Source: Candidatus Bathyarchaeota archaeon
Lineage (GTDB): Archaea > Thermoproteota > Bathyarchaeia > Bathyarchaeales > Bathycorpusculaceae
NCBI GenBank assembly: GCA_963826715.1
Contig: CAWGYA010000008.1
Coordinates: 128,001 to 192,000 of the forward strand
DNA length: 64,000 nt
Direction of reading: 5' to 3'
Shown here piece by piece: positions 42,035-51,553 of this stretch (positions are counted from its first letter, which is position 1; each line of letters opens with the position of its first letter). The translations under genes were made by a program, and so were the position numbers. The notes under the pieces were generated by a model. The model searched no databases. It had not been told where the DNA came from and saw only the letters and a list, made by a program, of their open reading frames with translations.

Positions 42035-42526
42035 CTAAGGTTTTCGGTATAGGTAAATCGTGTGCGAAGGATAACCCAGCACGGGGTTTTCACAAAAATT
42101 CGTTACTTTCTCAGGCCGCCACCCCACTATCTCATAATCATGAGACACTATTCGGGCATCTTTTTTTAGATCTAATTCGAGTTTGGGCTTGATTTTCTCG
42201 TTTGCACTTGTGGTTAAGTAAAGATAGACTACGTCTGCAGCGGTTAAGTTCACATTGAACATGTCATCGTTTATGATAGTTACCCGGTCTTCAAGCCCAC
42301 TTTCATAAATATTTCCCAGTGCCTTCTTAGCTAAATCCTCGCGCAGCTCAATACCTACGCCGCGTGCGCCAAAGTTTTTTGCGCCAAAAATCACGGTTCT
42401 TCCATCGCCTGAGCCCATATCAAATAATACCTCGCCTGACTTTAAACCAGCGAGTTTTAGCATGTATTCTACAACGCTACTTGGACTTGGAACAAAGGGC
42501 GCTATAAACATATTTTTTATCCCCAA
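42035..42526 (-). CDS. Protein-lysine methyltransferase (aKMT/FAM173-like)
   Basis: PFVPSP..VV..ML, DMGSGDGR, YLYL and RIVSHD motifs. Confidence 0.82.
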   Translation of the reverse strand: MGIKNMFIAPFVPSPSSVVEYMLKLAGLKSGEVLFDMGSGDGRTVIFGAKNFGARGVGIELREDLAKKALGNIYESGLEDRVTIINDDMFNVNLTAADVVYLYLTTSANEKIKPKLELDLKKDARIVSHDYEIVGWRPEKVTNFCENPVLGYPSHTIYLYRKP

Positions 42527-42543
42527 CCAAGGATATTTTCCTG

Positions 42544-42870
42544 TTATGCTACATAAGCGTCTCTTTTAGGTTGTGGTCTTCTTGCTTCTCCACATTTCGC
42601 GCAGCTCTGAACACACAAATCAAGGTATTTCTCTTCATCTGATGTACCTATCGCATATGCAGCTTTAGAGCAAAGTTCGCTGGGTTCACTGCAGCCTTCC
42701 TTACTGCATAAAGTAGAGATGTATTCGCAAACATCCTTTACGTCTTGTGGCTCCAGAATTGCCCTGTTTGTTCGCACAATTAAGCAGAGTTCCCGTGCCA
42801 TAACGCAGGTCTTCATGAATTTGATCCGTTCCAGTACTTCTTTGCGCAGGTTTTTTCGGCTTATCTCCAA
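42544..42870 (-). CDS. Cys-rich hypothetical protein
   Basis: 108 aa with 9 Cys; ends 17 nt upstream of the methyltransferase. Confidence 0.75.
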   Translation of the reverse strand: MEISRKNLRKEVLERIKFMKTCVMARELCLIVRTNRAILEPQDVKDVCEYISTLCSKEGCSEPSELCSKAAYAIGTSDEEKYLDLCVQSCAKCGEARRPQPKRDAYVA

Positions 42871-42978
42871 AGATGCATTCTCCTAAGAACATAGCAGGCA
42901 AATAACCAGAAATAAATAAGTCTTAACTTAAAAAGATAATGTAAAAACGATTGAGGCAAGAATATCCAATATGCAGGG

Positions 42979-45855
42979 TTAATGGAAGCGTTTACTGAGA
43001 GCTTTCCGTTCTGCTTCCAAAACAAGCTCATAGAAGTGGTCAGAGAGATTTTGTTCCTTTTCTAAAACCCCTGTCGCATCAGAAGCCCAAAGCCTTCGTG
43101 CACTCAACACTACCGCTGCAACTTTACCGTACTGTTCAATAAGATCCGCCGATTTTTTAGCTTGAACACGCATTTTCTCCTCATTTTTAGCCAAATGCTC
43201 ACCCTTCTTATCAAGTAGATTAATTGCCTTCTCTTCCTCTACTTTGAGCATACCAATAGCGTTGGAACCACATCTTGGGCATATAGGTTTATTCGGGAGG
43301 TCTTTTATGCGTATCATCGCCATGTAATCCCAACAGTTAGTGCAGATGAAAGTGCCTGTTTCATTAAGCAACCTTGCCTTTGCAGACTCGACTAAGACAG
43401 CCCGCATCTGTTCAGGCGGGATTAGGTCAGTTTTCATACTCACCCGTTCAATACCAACACGAGCCACAGGAGTCGGGTTCCCGGCTGTATTAACTATCTG
43501 AAGCCGCACCTCACCTTCACGCAATCGCCCCAGAACCTTTACTAAACCGTCGGCATCAAGATCTTTATTAAAAACTTCTTTGAGACCTTCTTCATAGATG
43601 GGTGTGCCTTCGAAACTGGAGATAATTTTTTGAAGGCTTACATTACTAAAGTCCGCCCATTTTTTGAGCGCGCCGAATCTGCGAGCGACTTGGATGACAC
43701 GACGCTTAAATAGCCCAGTTTTCACCGCAGAGTCAATTAAGGTTCTCCGAATAGCTGCTTCAGGTAGGTCCTTGATTTCCTTTAACACATCTACCAGTCG
43801 CTCGGCAGACATTGCACTCATAATTTGAACAAAAATCCGGTATGGATCATGCTGCACCACGATACCGCGTCCCAGCTTATCCGAGAGCACCTGCCCAAGT
43901 AGCTGCGCCAGCGCCCGATTAACTAATGAACCGAAGTTCGAGTGAATAATGATGAATTCACCCCATTCTTCTACGACAATCCGTTCGCGGGTGGGCACTG
44001 GAAAACCACTGTGGACCTGCTCAAGAGTTTCTGATATTGCATGTTGAATGGTTTGAGCATCAGCGGGATACCGCTCCGAGAGTACGGTACTGATTTGTTC
44101 AGCACTGGCGCCTCTATGAGATTGCGCTTCGACAAAACCTCGGATTTCAGCAAGGTCTTGAGCTATCTCATAAGGTACTGGGATTTCTTCGCCTATCCAA
44201 CTCGGTATCGAACCTGTGTGGTCTTCGACGGGGCGCACGTATACTTTGTCCTCGGTAGCGTGAATTATTTGCCATGGGCTTCCGCGAATGATGAATTTGG
44301 TTCCTGGCTTACCATATTCCGCCATAAATGCCTCATCAAGCACTCCTATGGAGGAATCTGCTGTTTCGTCGATGACAAGGAATTGTTTCTCTTCAGGAAT
44401 CATCGATAGATTATCAAAATAATATTCAAACAGCGCCTTACTGCGTTGAGGACGCAAAACCACTTTGTCTTCAAATGATGCCCAAGCCAGTCGTGGAAAA
44501 CGTTGGTGCATATACTTAATGATTTTTTCAATATCATCAATTGTTAGGTTCTGGAAGGGAGCGGCGTTTTTGTATATCCCCAGGATTTCCCCAAAAGTTA
44601 ACCGGCGATTTTTAAGCAGCAACCCGGCTATTTGATGTGTCAAGACATCATAGGGTTTGTCAGGTATCGAGATTGGCTCAAGCTGCTCCTGTAAAGCACG
44701 CTTAGCAATAACCAAGGCTTCAAGGGTGTCGTCGGAGTCCATGCCGATTATTATGCCCTCTGAAAGGTTGCCATAGGTGTGACCTGCTCGACCGACTCGT
44801 TGAATAAGCCGCGATACCTGCCGCGGACTCATATATTGTATGACCAAATCAATGTGGCCCACATCGATACCAAGTTCAAGGCTGCTAGTCGCAATCAGCC
44901 CCTTAAGTACACCACGTTTGAGTCCAGTTTCCGCCGCTATTCGTGAAGGCTTAGCAAGAGAGCCATGATGAATAGAAATAGGGAAGTCCATATCCCAAAC
45001 TTTAAATCGGGAAGCCAAAACCTCGGAAACCGATCGAGTATTCGTAAACAACAACACGGATTTGCGTTTGGTCATGTAGTCGCGGATAATACGTAGTCGT
45101 GCCGCCACCTCGGGATGAGTGTAGATTTTGCCTGCAAAACCAATGTCCTCCTCGGTGGGCTGTGGATAAATAACTGAGAGCTTCACCATTTTTGCCACAG
45201 AGACACGTACGATTTCGACTATACGATTGACTCCGACAAGGAATTGCGCAACTTTTTCAGGGCTACCCACTGTAGCCGATAAGCCGACCATTTGGAAGTC
45301 CTTGCCAATTAGACCACGAACCCGCTCCAGAGCCAGTGAGAGTTGACTGCCCCGTTTGCTATCAGCTAACTCATGCACTTCATCAATCACTACCCATTTA
45401 AGAGCTTGAAGATGCTGACGCAGCAACCAACCTGACAGGATAGCTTGGAGAGTTTCTGGGGTGGTAATTAGGATATCAGGTGGGCATTGACTTTGGCGAG
45501 TACGTTCTTTTTGCTCAGTATCGCCATGCCTAACTGCCAATTTGATATCGAGATTATTACACCACCATTGTAACCGTTCGAGCAAATCGCGGTTTAACGC
45601 ACGAAGCGGAGTAATATAGAGAACTTTTATGCCAGGCGTTTTAGGTTGCTGGAGAAGCATACTAAGAATAGGAAGAAAAGCCGCCTCGGTTTTTCCCGTA
45701 GCTGTCGGGGAAATAAGAAGCACATTTTTGCCTTCAAGGATTTTAGGGATGACTTTCTCTTGAGGCTCAGTAGGTTTAGAGAAGCCCCTTTGCTCAATAA
45801 GCCTCCGTACTGGCTTCACAAGAATTTCAAAAGAGCTCTCAGAAGTTACCTGCAA
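42979..45855 (-). CDS. lhr: Lhr-family SF2 helicase with C-terminal Zn finger
   Basis: PTATGKT, DEVH, SAT, HHGSL, SSLELGID and QRVGRAGH motifs; WIGE.IPV; CTNC...CPRC. Confidence 0.95.
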   Translation of the reverse strand: MQVTSESSFEILVKPVRRLIEQRGFSKPTEPQEKVIPKILEGKNVLLISPTATGKTEAAFLPILSMLLQQPKTPGIKVLYITPLRALNRDLLERLQWWCNNLDIKLAVRHGDTEQKERTRQSQCPPDILITTPETLQAILSGWLLRQHLQALKWVVIDEVHELADSKRGSQLSLALERVRGLIGKDFQMVGLSATVGSPEKVAQFLVGVNRIVEIVRVSVAKMVKLSVIYPQPTEEDIGFAGKIYTHPEVAARLRIIRDYMTKRKSVLLFTNTRSVSEVLASRFKVWDMDFPISIHHGSLAKPSRIAAETGLKRGVLKGLIATSSLELGIDVGHIDLVIQYMSPRQVSRLIQRVGRAGHTYGNLSEGIIIGMDSDDTLEALVIAKRALQEQLEPISIPDKPYDVLTHQIAGLLLKNRRLTFGEILGIYKNAAPFQNLTIDDIEKIIKYMHQRFPRLAWASFEDKVVLRPQRSKALFEYYFDNLSMIPEEKQFLVIDETADSSIGVLDEAFMAEYGKPGTKFIIRGSPWQIIHATEDKVYVRPVEDHTGSIPSWIGEEIPVPYEIAQDLAEIRGFVEAQSHRGASAEQISTVLSERYPADAQTIQHAISETLEQVHSGFPVPTRERIVVEEWGEFIIIHSNFGSLVNRALAQLLGQVLSDKLGRGIVVQHDPYRIFVQIMSAMSAERLVDVLKEIKDLPEAAIRRTLIDSAVKTGLFKRRVIQVARRFGALKKWADFSNVSLQKIISSFEGTPIYEEGLKEVFNKDLDADGLVKVLGRLREGEVRLQIVNTAGNPTPVARVGIERVSMKTDLIPPEQMRAVLVESAKARLLNETGTFICTNCWDYMAMIRIKDLPNKPICPRCGSNAIGMLKVEEEKAINLLDKKGEHLAKNEEKMRVQAKKSADLIEQYGKVAAVVLSARRLWASDATGVLEKEQNLSDHFYELVLEAERKALSKRFH

Positions 45856-46171
45856 TACAAATTATTCCTCGATTGGTTAAAAGAATAGCTTTAGGTAGTG
45901 CTATAAAAATGTTGGATAGAAAAGTTGCAGATGACAAATTAGAGAGGCACTTTTCATTTCTAATTTTTTAGCTGTTTTATTGGTGCTGTTCCTGATGAAT
46001 ACAGAACCTTTCAATGGATAGTTTCCACATTTCCCTAACATTTTTTCGATGATGTTTACATAAAGCTGTTTAATCTCCATGATGAACTAAAAAATATCTA
46101 TCGGAAAAATATGGAAACTTTTTTATGCAATCAGCCGAATGGCATCAAAGCGATATTACGGAGGAAAATAA

Positions 46172-46342
46172 ATGGCTAAATGTCCAAAATGCGGAACCGA
46201 CGTATCGAAGCCAAAAAAGACATGGAAAATGGCAGGCCGCCCAGACAAAGCTGGAAAACGCATGCAACTCGAAATCGGCCTCTATGAATGCCCCAAATGC
46301 GGCAACGTATTCCGCGAAGTGCTAAGCAAACAAAAAATCTAA
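46172..46342 (+). CDS. cren7: Cren7-type chromatin protein, Zn-ribbon form, 56 aa (not in ORF track)
   Basis: MAKCPKCGTDVSKPKKTWKMAGRPDKAGKRMQLEIGLYECPKCGNVFREVLSKQKI has the P.K.W, IGL.-.P..G..FR..L pattern of Cren7; GGAGG SD. Confidence 0.82.
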   Translation: MAKCPKCGTDVSKPKKTWKMAGRPDKAGKRMQLEIGLYECPKCGNVFREVLSKQKI

Positions 46343-46350
46343 AAACGAAC

Positions 46351-46389
46351 AGTGCCTCAGGATTGAGCACTCTCTATTTTTCTTTTTTT
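46351..46389 (+). terminator. Hairpin plus T-tract terminator of cren7
   Basis: AGTGCcTCA-GGAT-TGAGCACT followed by T-rich runs. Confidence 0.6.
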
Positions 46390-46402
46390 AAAATACCCGA
46401 TA

Positions 46403-46416
46403 ATTAAAATCAGTTT
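46403..46416 (+). repeat. Left terminal inverted repeat ATTAAAATCAGTTT
   Basis: Exact reverse complement of 57041-57054. Confidence 0.75.
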
Positions 46417-46511
46417 TTAGTTTTACATAAAGCGCTATTAATTGGCATAATTAACTTAGGGCAAAATCTAAAAGCTAAAACAGTTTAATTGCAACTATCA
46501 AGGTCTTTAAA

Positions 46512-47312
46512 ATGACATTAATCCTCACTGAAGTCTCAAATTTTGGAATAGCAATGGCGGCTGATTCCGCTGTTACAATCCCAGTTATTAATGCTCATGG
46601 TGACCGACAATACAGGGTTTTGATGGGCGTTAACAAACTACAAGTAATTGAGAAATTAAATGCAGGGATAGCCATTTGGGGATTAGCTGAATTGACAATC
46701 GAACACGACCAAAAAATCGATATTGATGTTTGGTTGCGTGACTTCATACAATCTGAAAGGACAAACTACAATTCTCTTTCTGATTTTGCTACATTATTAC
46801 AAAATCGGATAAGAAATTATGTTGACCCAATAGATGCTGTTCAAAGACCATTAGGAAATATTGGTTTTCATCTTGCGGGTTTTGTAGAATACGAAGGTCA
46901 TCAAACCCCAACATTTTATCATATTCATAATGGCAGAAGTCAGGCGTTGGAGGCAAGAGGAACCCATATTGACCCAACCATCATCAATGCAAACCACGAC
47001 CTTCCTCCAAATTTAACCCAACAAGTTTTTGCTCAAGGGCAAGCATATCTAACTCGAAATGGCGACTTTACAATTTACGCTGCGCTTTTTAACCATATTG
47101 GGCAATTCCTGCAAGGTTTATCTCAATATGGTGGACTCACAATACCGCAATCAAGAAACCTAAAAGAAAGAGCCGAATGGTTGCGATTTCAAATTAAAAC
47201 CATGTCTGAACTTTACAGGCTTAGCAACTTGCATCTTCCAACAATCGGAGGAAAGATTGACACGTTACTCATAACTCCGAATAGTGTTGACGATTGCGGA
47301 TTAACCTTTTAG
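46512..47312 (+). CDS. Proteasome-beta-like Ntn-hydrolase (N-terminal Thr)
   Basis: M-T-LI...GIAMAADS, downstream Lys (VNKL) and C-terminal IGG.ID pattern. Confidence 0.72.
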   Translation: MTLILTEVSNFGIAMAADSAVTIPVINAHGDRQYRVLMGVNKLQVIEKLNAGIAIWGLAELTIEHDQKIDIDVWLRDFIQSERTNYNSLSDFATLLQNRIRNYVDPIDAVQRPLGNIGFHLAGFVEYEGHQTPTFYHIHNGRSQALEARGTHIDPTIINANHDLPPNLTQQVFAQGQAYLTRNGDFTIYAALFNHIGQFLQGLSQYGGLTIPQSRNLKERAEWLRFQIKTMSELYRLSNLHLPTIGGKIDTLLITPNSVDDCGLTF

Positions 47313-47330
47313 ATTCCACGGTTCTATGAC

Positions 47331-47606
47331 TCATAAATCACCTAACGGATAGCCTTCACGCTTAATGACCTTAACGCCTTTGGAATTGAACATCATTGTT
47401 TTACTGCTGAAATTTATGTAAAAGCAATCCAAATCTACAAAAACCGAATGATGCTTGTCTGTAACAAACGGAAAGCGTTTCTGTAATCGCTTAACATCTT
47501 CTTGGCTTTCAGGTTCAATAACAAAACCCTCTGCGAAAACTTTGTCGCAAATCGCGCATTTCATGGATTCCTTGATTTCTTTCTTACCGAACCATACAGC
47601 CTTCAA
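47331..47606 (-). CDS. Small hypothetical protein with CxxC motif
   Basis: TTG start after AAGGTG; CAIC and DLDC motifs. Confidence 0.6.
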   Translation of the reverse strand: MKAVWFGKKEIKESMKCAICDKVFAEGFVIEPESQEDVKRLQKRFPFVTDKHHSVFVDLDCFYINFSSKTMMFNSKGVKVIKREGYPLGDL

Positions 47607-47867
47607 TCGTTAACACCTTTATCCATGCTTTTCGGGATGAACGGAACAAGCGGTTTCACGCTGTATTTTGAGGAACACAAACATGAACAACACATGCTCC
47701 GTTCACCTTTCCGCGTCTGAAATATCTATGCAGGGATGCTTGATATAATCGTTATCAAACGAATAAGATGTTAAAAGGCAGATTATTTACACGTTCGAGT
47801 TTTTGTTAGTGCAAAAATTTAAAACCATTATTCCGTATTAACAATTGGGAATCAAGAGGGAAATCAT

Positions 47868-48476
47868 ATGTCTATATCTCCATCTAACGACCAAGTAAGA
47901 GTTATTATTTTAGATTTTCTTCATAAGGAATTGCAAGAACATCCAAGGGATGTCACCAATAAAGAAAATATAGTTCAAGCGTTAGGGGTTCCCCAAAAAC
48001 AACTTGACTTTAACATGTTCTATCTTCAAGAAAAGGGATTAGTTGAACTCATAACTGCAATGGACGGTTGGCATTGCGCAAATATAACAGCCTATGGCAT
48101 TGATGTTATCGAAAACAAGGATTCTTACAAAAGCGAATTTCCTTTTATAAATAATACAACAATTCAAGTGCAAGGTAACAATTACGGCGCTATAATTCAA
48201 GCAAATAATCATTCAACCATTATTTTCCATCAGCAAATATCAGATGCTTTCAAGGAAGCTTATGAAAAAATTGAAAAAGAACAAAGTTTAGCTCCTGAAT
48301 TAAAGGAGCAAATAAAAGTCAAAACAAAAGCATTGGAAGAGGAACTCAATAAAGCTGAACCTGATGCAGGGATAATCCAACAATCATGGAAATGGATTAA
48401 ACAAAACGCAAACTGGTTGATTCCAACATTAACCCAAGTTGTTACCGAAGGAATAAAAATTGCCTGTGGGGTTTAA
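47868..48476 (+). CDS. Hypothetical protein: N-terminal winged helix, helical C-terminal domain
   Basis: IL..L...YL.EKGLV....IT..GID wHTH pattern; own promoter motif and GAGG SD. Confidence 0.75.
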   Translation: MSISPSNDQVRVIILDFLHKELQEHPRDVTNKENIVQALGVPQKQLDFNMFYLQEKGLVELITAMDGWHCANITAYGIDVIENKDSYKSEFPFINNTTIQVQGNNYGAIIQANNHSTIIFHQQISDAFKEAYEKIEKEQSLAPELKEQIKVKTKALEEELNKAEPDAGIIQQSWKWIKQNANWLIPTLTQVVTEGIKIACGV

Positions 48477-48498
48477 AGAAAGGCAAAATTGTTAACGA

Positions 48499-48999
48499 TT
48501 ACTTGTTATTCGATGCGAGAACTAAAACTGATAGACCCAAAAGTCCCATAACTATGAATGCAGCGAGCCTTCCTTTGTCTGCGCCATCTTTTATACAATA
48601 GGCTTTCTCTTGAACTTTATTTGCCAATTCATTTAACTTCTCTTGATTCATGGGGTCAAAAGTAGCATAGACTGTCGTATAACTTATCATTAAAGGAACG
48701 GGAACACCTTCTTCTGCAAAAACATAAATTTCCTTTCGAGGTTTTTTGTGATAAGCGGCTGAAATTTCCCAGTTAACCACATCTCTTGTATCTTGGTTGT
48801 TTGCTACGTTTGCCGTCCAAAATACAAAAACTGCTTCAGAAGCTTCTATTGCGTCATCCAATTTTTTGGGTAAAGGAAACGGTGTGGGGTCTTCTACTTT
48901 TGCAAGATATGGCTCAACTGGAATAAGTTTCAAGTTTGAAACAACAGTGTCGATTAACCATCCATCTTTACTGCTGTGCGCGATAAATATACGAACCAT
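48499..48999 (-). CDS. TIR-domain protein with C-terminal TM helix
   Basis: IFIAHSSKD (beta-A), AI..S..V.V.WT, V.WEI..A (catalytic Glu position) and a hydrophobic C-terminus. Confidence 0.85.
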   Translation of the reverse strand: MVRIFIAHSSKDGWLIDTVVSNLKLIPVEPYLAKVEDPTPFPLPKKLDDAIEASEAVFVFWTANVANNQDTRDVVNWEISAAYHKKPRKEIYVFAEEGVPVPLMISYTTVYATFDPMNQEKLNELANKVQEKAYCIKDGADKGRLAAFIVMGLLGLSVLVLASNNK

Positions 49000-49104
49000 T
49001 ATCTATTCACTCTTGTCCTTGTATGATTAGTTAATGATTTAAGTTTTTACACTACGAAAGCCTGCGATGCAAAAACTTAAAGCCAAATAAACTGAGTATC
49101 AAAT

Positions 49105-49701
49105 ATGGATGAGATTTGGAAAGAAGCGAAAAATGTCAATGATAAAATTGCAATTAGGCTCGCATCCGTTCCTAATTTTGCCCTGAATGTTTATCATCCA
49201 AAACAGGTTGAATATTATTCAAAATTTACTGAGTTAATATACAAAGCATTAAACGTGGACTCGGTTTGTGGCTTCTTGCAAGAGCTTACCAAAAATCTAA
49301 GCAGCGATAAAATTGAGATAAGAGTCATGCGCTTGCCTTCTAACAGAAGCAAGATATTTGGAATTACCACGAAAGGAAGAATCCTTGACCAGCAGTTATA
49401 TGGACGTGCATGGAAAAAGAAACCTTTGGTTGATATTTTTCCCGACTGCATATTTTCTGACAATAAATCTGAGCCTTATCTGAATGTGGGATTGAGAGGA
49501 TACGTTATCAATGGTTCAATTCGAACAGTAATTCATGAACTTCTCCACAAATCAGGTTTACACGAAGAAACAAAGGTTCGCGAATTAACAGAACAACTTT
49601 ACAAGGAGTTTCGAAAGAAACACATTGCAAACTTTGACAGCGAAATTAAGCCGTTGGTTAAAGAATGGAAAAAATTTGAAAAGCAGATTAACTCAGGTTA
49701 A
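49105..49701 (+). CDS. Putative zincin metallopeptidase (HEXXH)
   Basis: TVIHELLH...HEE motif. Confidence 0.6.
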   Translation: MDEIWKEAKNVNDKIAIRLASVPNFALNVYHPKQVEYYSKFTELIYKALNVDSVCGFLQELTKNLSSDKIEIRVMRLPSNRSKIFGITTKGRILDQQLYGRAWKKKPLVDIFPDCIFSDNKSEPYLNVGLRGYVINGSIRTVIHELLHKSGLHEETKVRELTEQLYKEFRKKHIANFDSEIKPLVKEWKKFEKQINSG

Positions 49702-49740
49702 CATGCAAAAACTTAAACGTTAATTAGTTGACTATCAAGC

Positions 49741-50157
49741 ATGGTCTATGAAGAGATTGTGATTTCTGTTCTCGGTGTTGTGGGAACTGCAAGCGTCGTC
49801 ACAGCTTGCTTAACATACGTTTTCGACAAGAGAAAGGAAATAGCGTTTAGAGAACAAGAGTACAAAGAAATGCGGTACAAGGCAATGGTACTCCAAATGA
49901 AAGTATTGCTAAAACCAGACGATTTGAAATACATGCAATTACATAGACCCGATTTGAAGAACATGCAAGACGTAAAAAATGAGGTTGAAACCGAACTTTA
50001 CAACTGCCTTCTATTTGCCTCAGATGATGTAATCAAATCATTAAAACAGTTTATTCTAACACCTAACAACATAACTTATGCCAAAACTGTCTTTGCAATG
50101 AGAAAAGATTGTTGGAACAAGAAAACAAGTTTGAGACCTGAAGAAATCAACATCTAA
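49741..50157 (+). CDS. Membrane-anchored hypothetical protein
   Basis: N-terminal TM helix, then L.AS..V and MRKD motifs. Confidence 0.75.
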   Translation: MVYEEIVISVLGVVGTASVVTACLTYVFDKRKEIAFREQEYKEMRYKAMVLQMKVLLKPDDLKYMQLHRPDLKNMQDVKNEVETELYNCLLFASDDVIKSLKQFILTPNNITYAKTVFAMRKDCWNKKTSLRPEEINI

Positions 50158-50183
50158 GTCGCAAAGTCAACTGAGCGATAACC

Positions 50184-50744
50184 ATGAACAAAATTAAGGA
50201 GCTTAAAAATCTTGCAGAGTTGAATTTTTGCGAAAGATGTTTCCAGTATTACAAAGCATTGATTGAACCAAACATAAAGGAATTTTTAGCTAAACCTCTG
50301 AATGATTGGCTGTGGGTCGAAAACCAAATCACTCAGATGGCTATGAAACAGAAAGGTGTATTCAAAACAAAAGAGATAATCATTCCCAATAAGGGCGAGG
50401 AAGAAAAATTCGCTAATCAAATTGACGCAAAGAAATTTAGAGAAATTAATAGATGGAGTTTCAAAAAGAAAATAGATTATCTTCATGCTGAAGGTATCCT
50501 GCAAGATTTCTCTTACAAAGTATTGGATAAAGCGAGACACGCACGAAACAAGATTCATGGAGAGCCTATTTTAACTGAATTAACTGAACAAGATTATGCT
50601 TTGTTCTCTGTATCAAATGCGATTGTCTCTCAATTATGGAGACCAACATTGTTTGAGGACAAGGTTGAAATCGACTCTTTCCTGAAAAATAATGCTGAAA
50701 AAATTGCTGAGTTGTTTTTGAAACAATCAAATAATATTATTTAG
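50184..50744 (+). CDS. HEPN-like protein (putative RNase)
   Basis: All-helical; F..KI.YL...G.L.......L...RHARNKIH matches the HEPN Rx4-6H context. Confidence 0.55.
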   Translation: MNKIKELKNLAELNFCERCFQYYKALIEPNIKEFLAKPLNDWLWVENQITQMAMKQKGVFKTKEIIIPNKGEEEKFANQIDAKKFREINRWSFKKKIDYLHAEGILQDFSYKVLDKARHARNKIHGEPILTELTEQDYALFSVSNAIVSQLWRPTLFEDKVEIDSFLKNNAEKIAELFLKQSNNII

Positions 50745-51277
50745 CTACAAGTTTTGGTAGAGTTACCTTGAAAGAGGTTAAGCTTGAAAAATTGCGATAG
50801 ATGAAGCACTTTATCGGTTTCTGTTTGCGGTTGCGCCTTAATCCTTCTTTTCTTTTGCGTCGGAAAGCTACGTTAAGAAAAGCATAGAAGCTCACCTTTC
50901 AAAAGCATCAATATCCAGAATTTTCGCACTTTTAACATCCCAAGTCGAAAGAAAACGAGCAAAATTTCTCCGATAAACGCTGAAATGCGGATGATTTGAG
51001 GAGCTTTAGGCATTATGCTATCAATGTATCAACGATTAATGTTAATTGTTGGTCGCTGTCTGCGTTTGAACGGTGCAAAAGACGCTTTATCATGTTGCAC
51101 AATCTGACGCAAAACATCGTTTATGAATCAATAAAACGCATTTTTAATCACTTCAAGCCCTCATTCATAAGCGTAACAGATAACGATGTTATCTTACTTC
51201 GGATTGACCTCGAAAAGTACAACAACCTCAGAAGCGAATCAGATTAGGTTTAAACGATTTCCTGAGCGACTGTTAAA

Positions 51278-51430
51278 CTAATCATCTATTGACTCAATCA
51301 TGGGTTGACTGCAACATTCAGGAGCTTTCTCTCCTTTGCACACAGCGGAATGAGTGCAACATATTTCATAATCAGCTTTCACAATGCGACCGCATTTGGT
51401 ACACATGAATGTTGGCATGTTTTCGCCCAT
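51278..51430 (-). CDS. Desulforedoxin-like Cys-rich microprotein, 50 aa (not in ORF track)
   Basis: MGENMPTFMCTKCGRIVKADYEICCTHSAVCKGEKAPECCSQPMIESIDD; CxxCG..V...CC.QPM. Confidence 0.7.
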   Translation of the reverse strand: MGENMPTFMCTKCGRIVKADYEICCTHSAVCKGEKAPECCSQPMIESIDD

Positions 51431-51553
51431 AATAATTAAGGATTAAAGCCGATTAAAACATTTTCAAAGTTTTCAGGATTTTGCTATCGAAAGCCTGAGT
51501 GATAAAATGAAAACTTTGCGATAATTCGACAAAAAAAAGAAAGAAAAAAAGGT

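Noticed and set aside
46125-46370. Track ORFs 46125-46325 (+) and 46176-46370 (-)
   Set aside because: Shadows of the 56-aa Cren7-type gene, which has an SD and a terminator.
48499-48999. Complete Thoeris/CBASS/Pycsar system
   Set aside because: Only a TIR-TM gene is present; no SIR2, Macro, SLOG or cyclase partner is recognisable.
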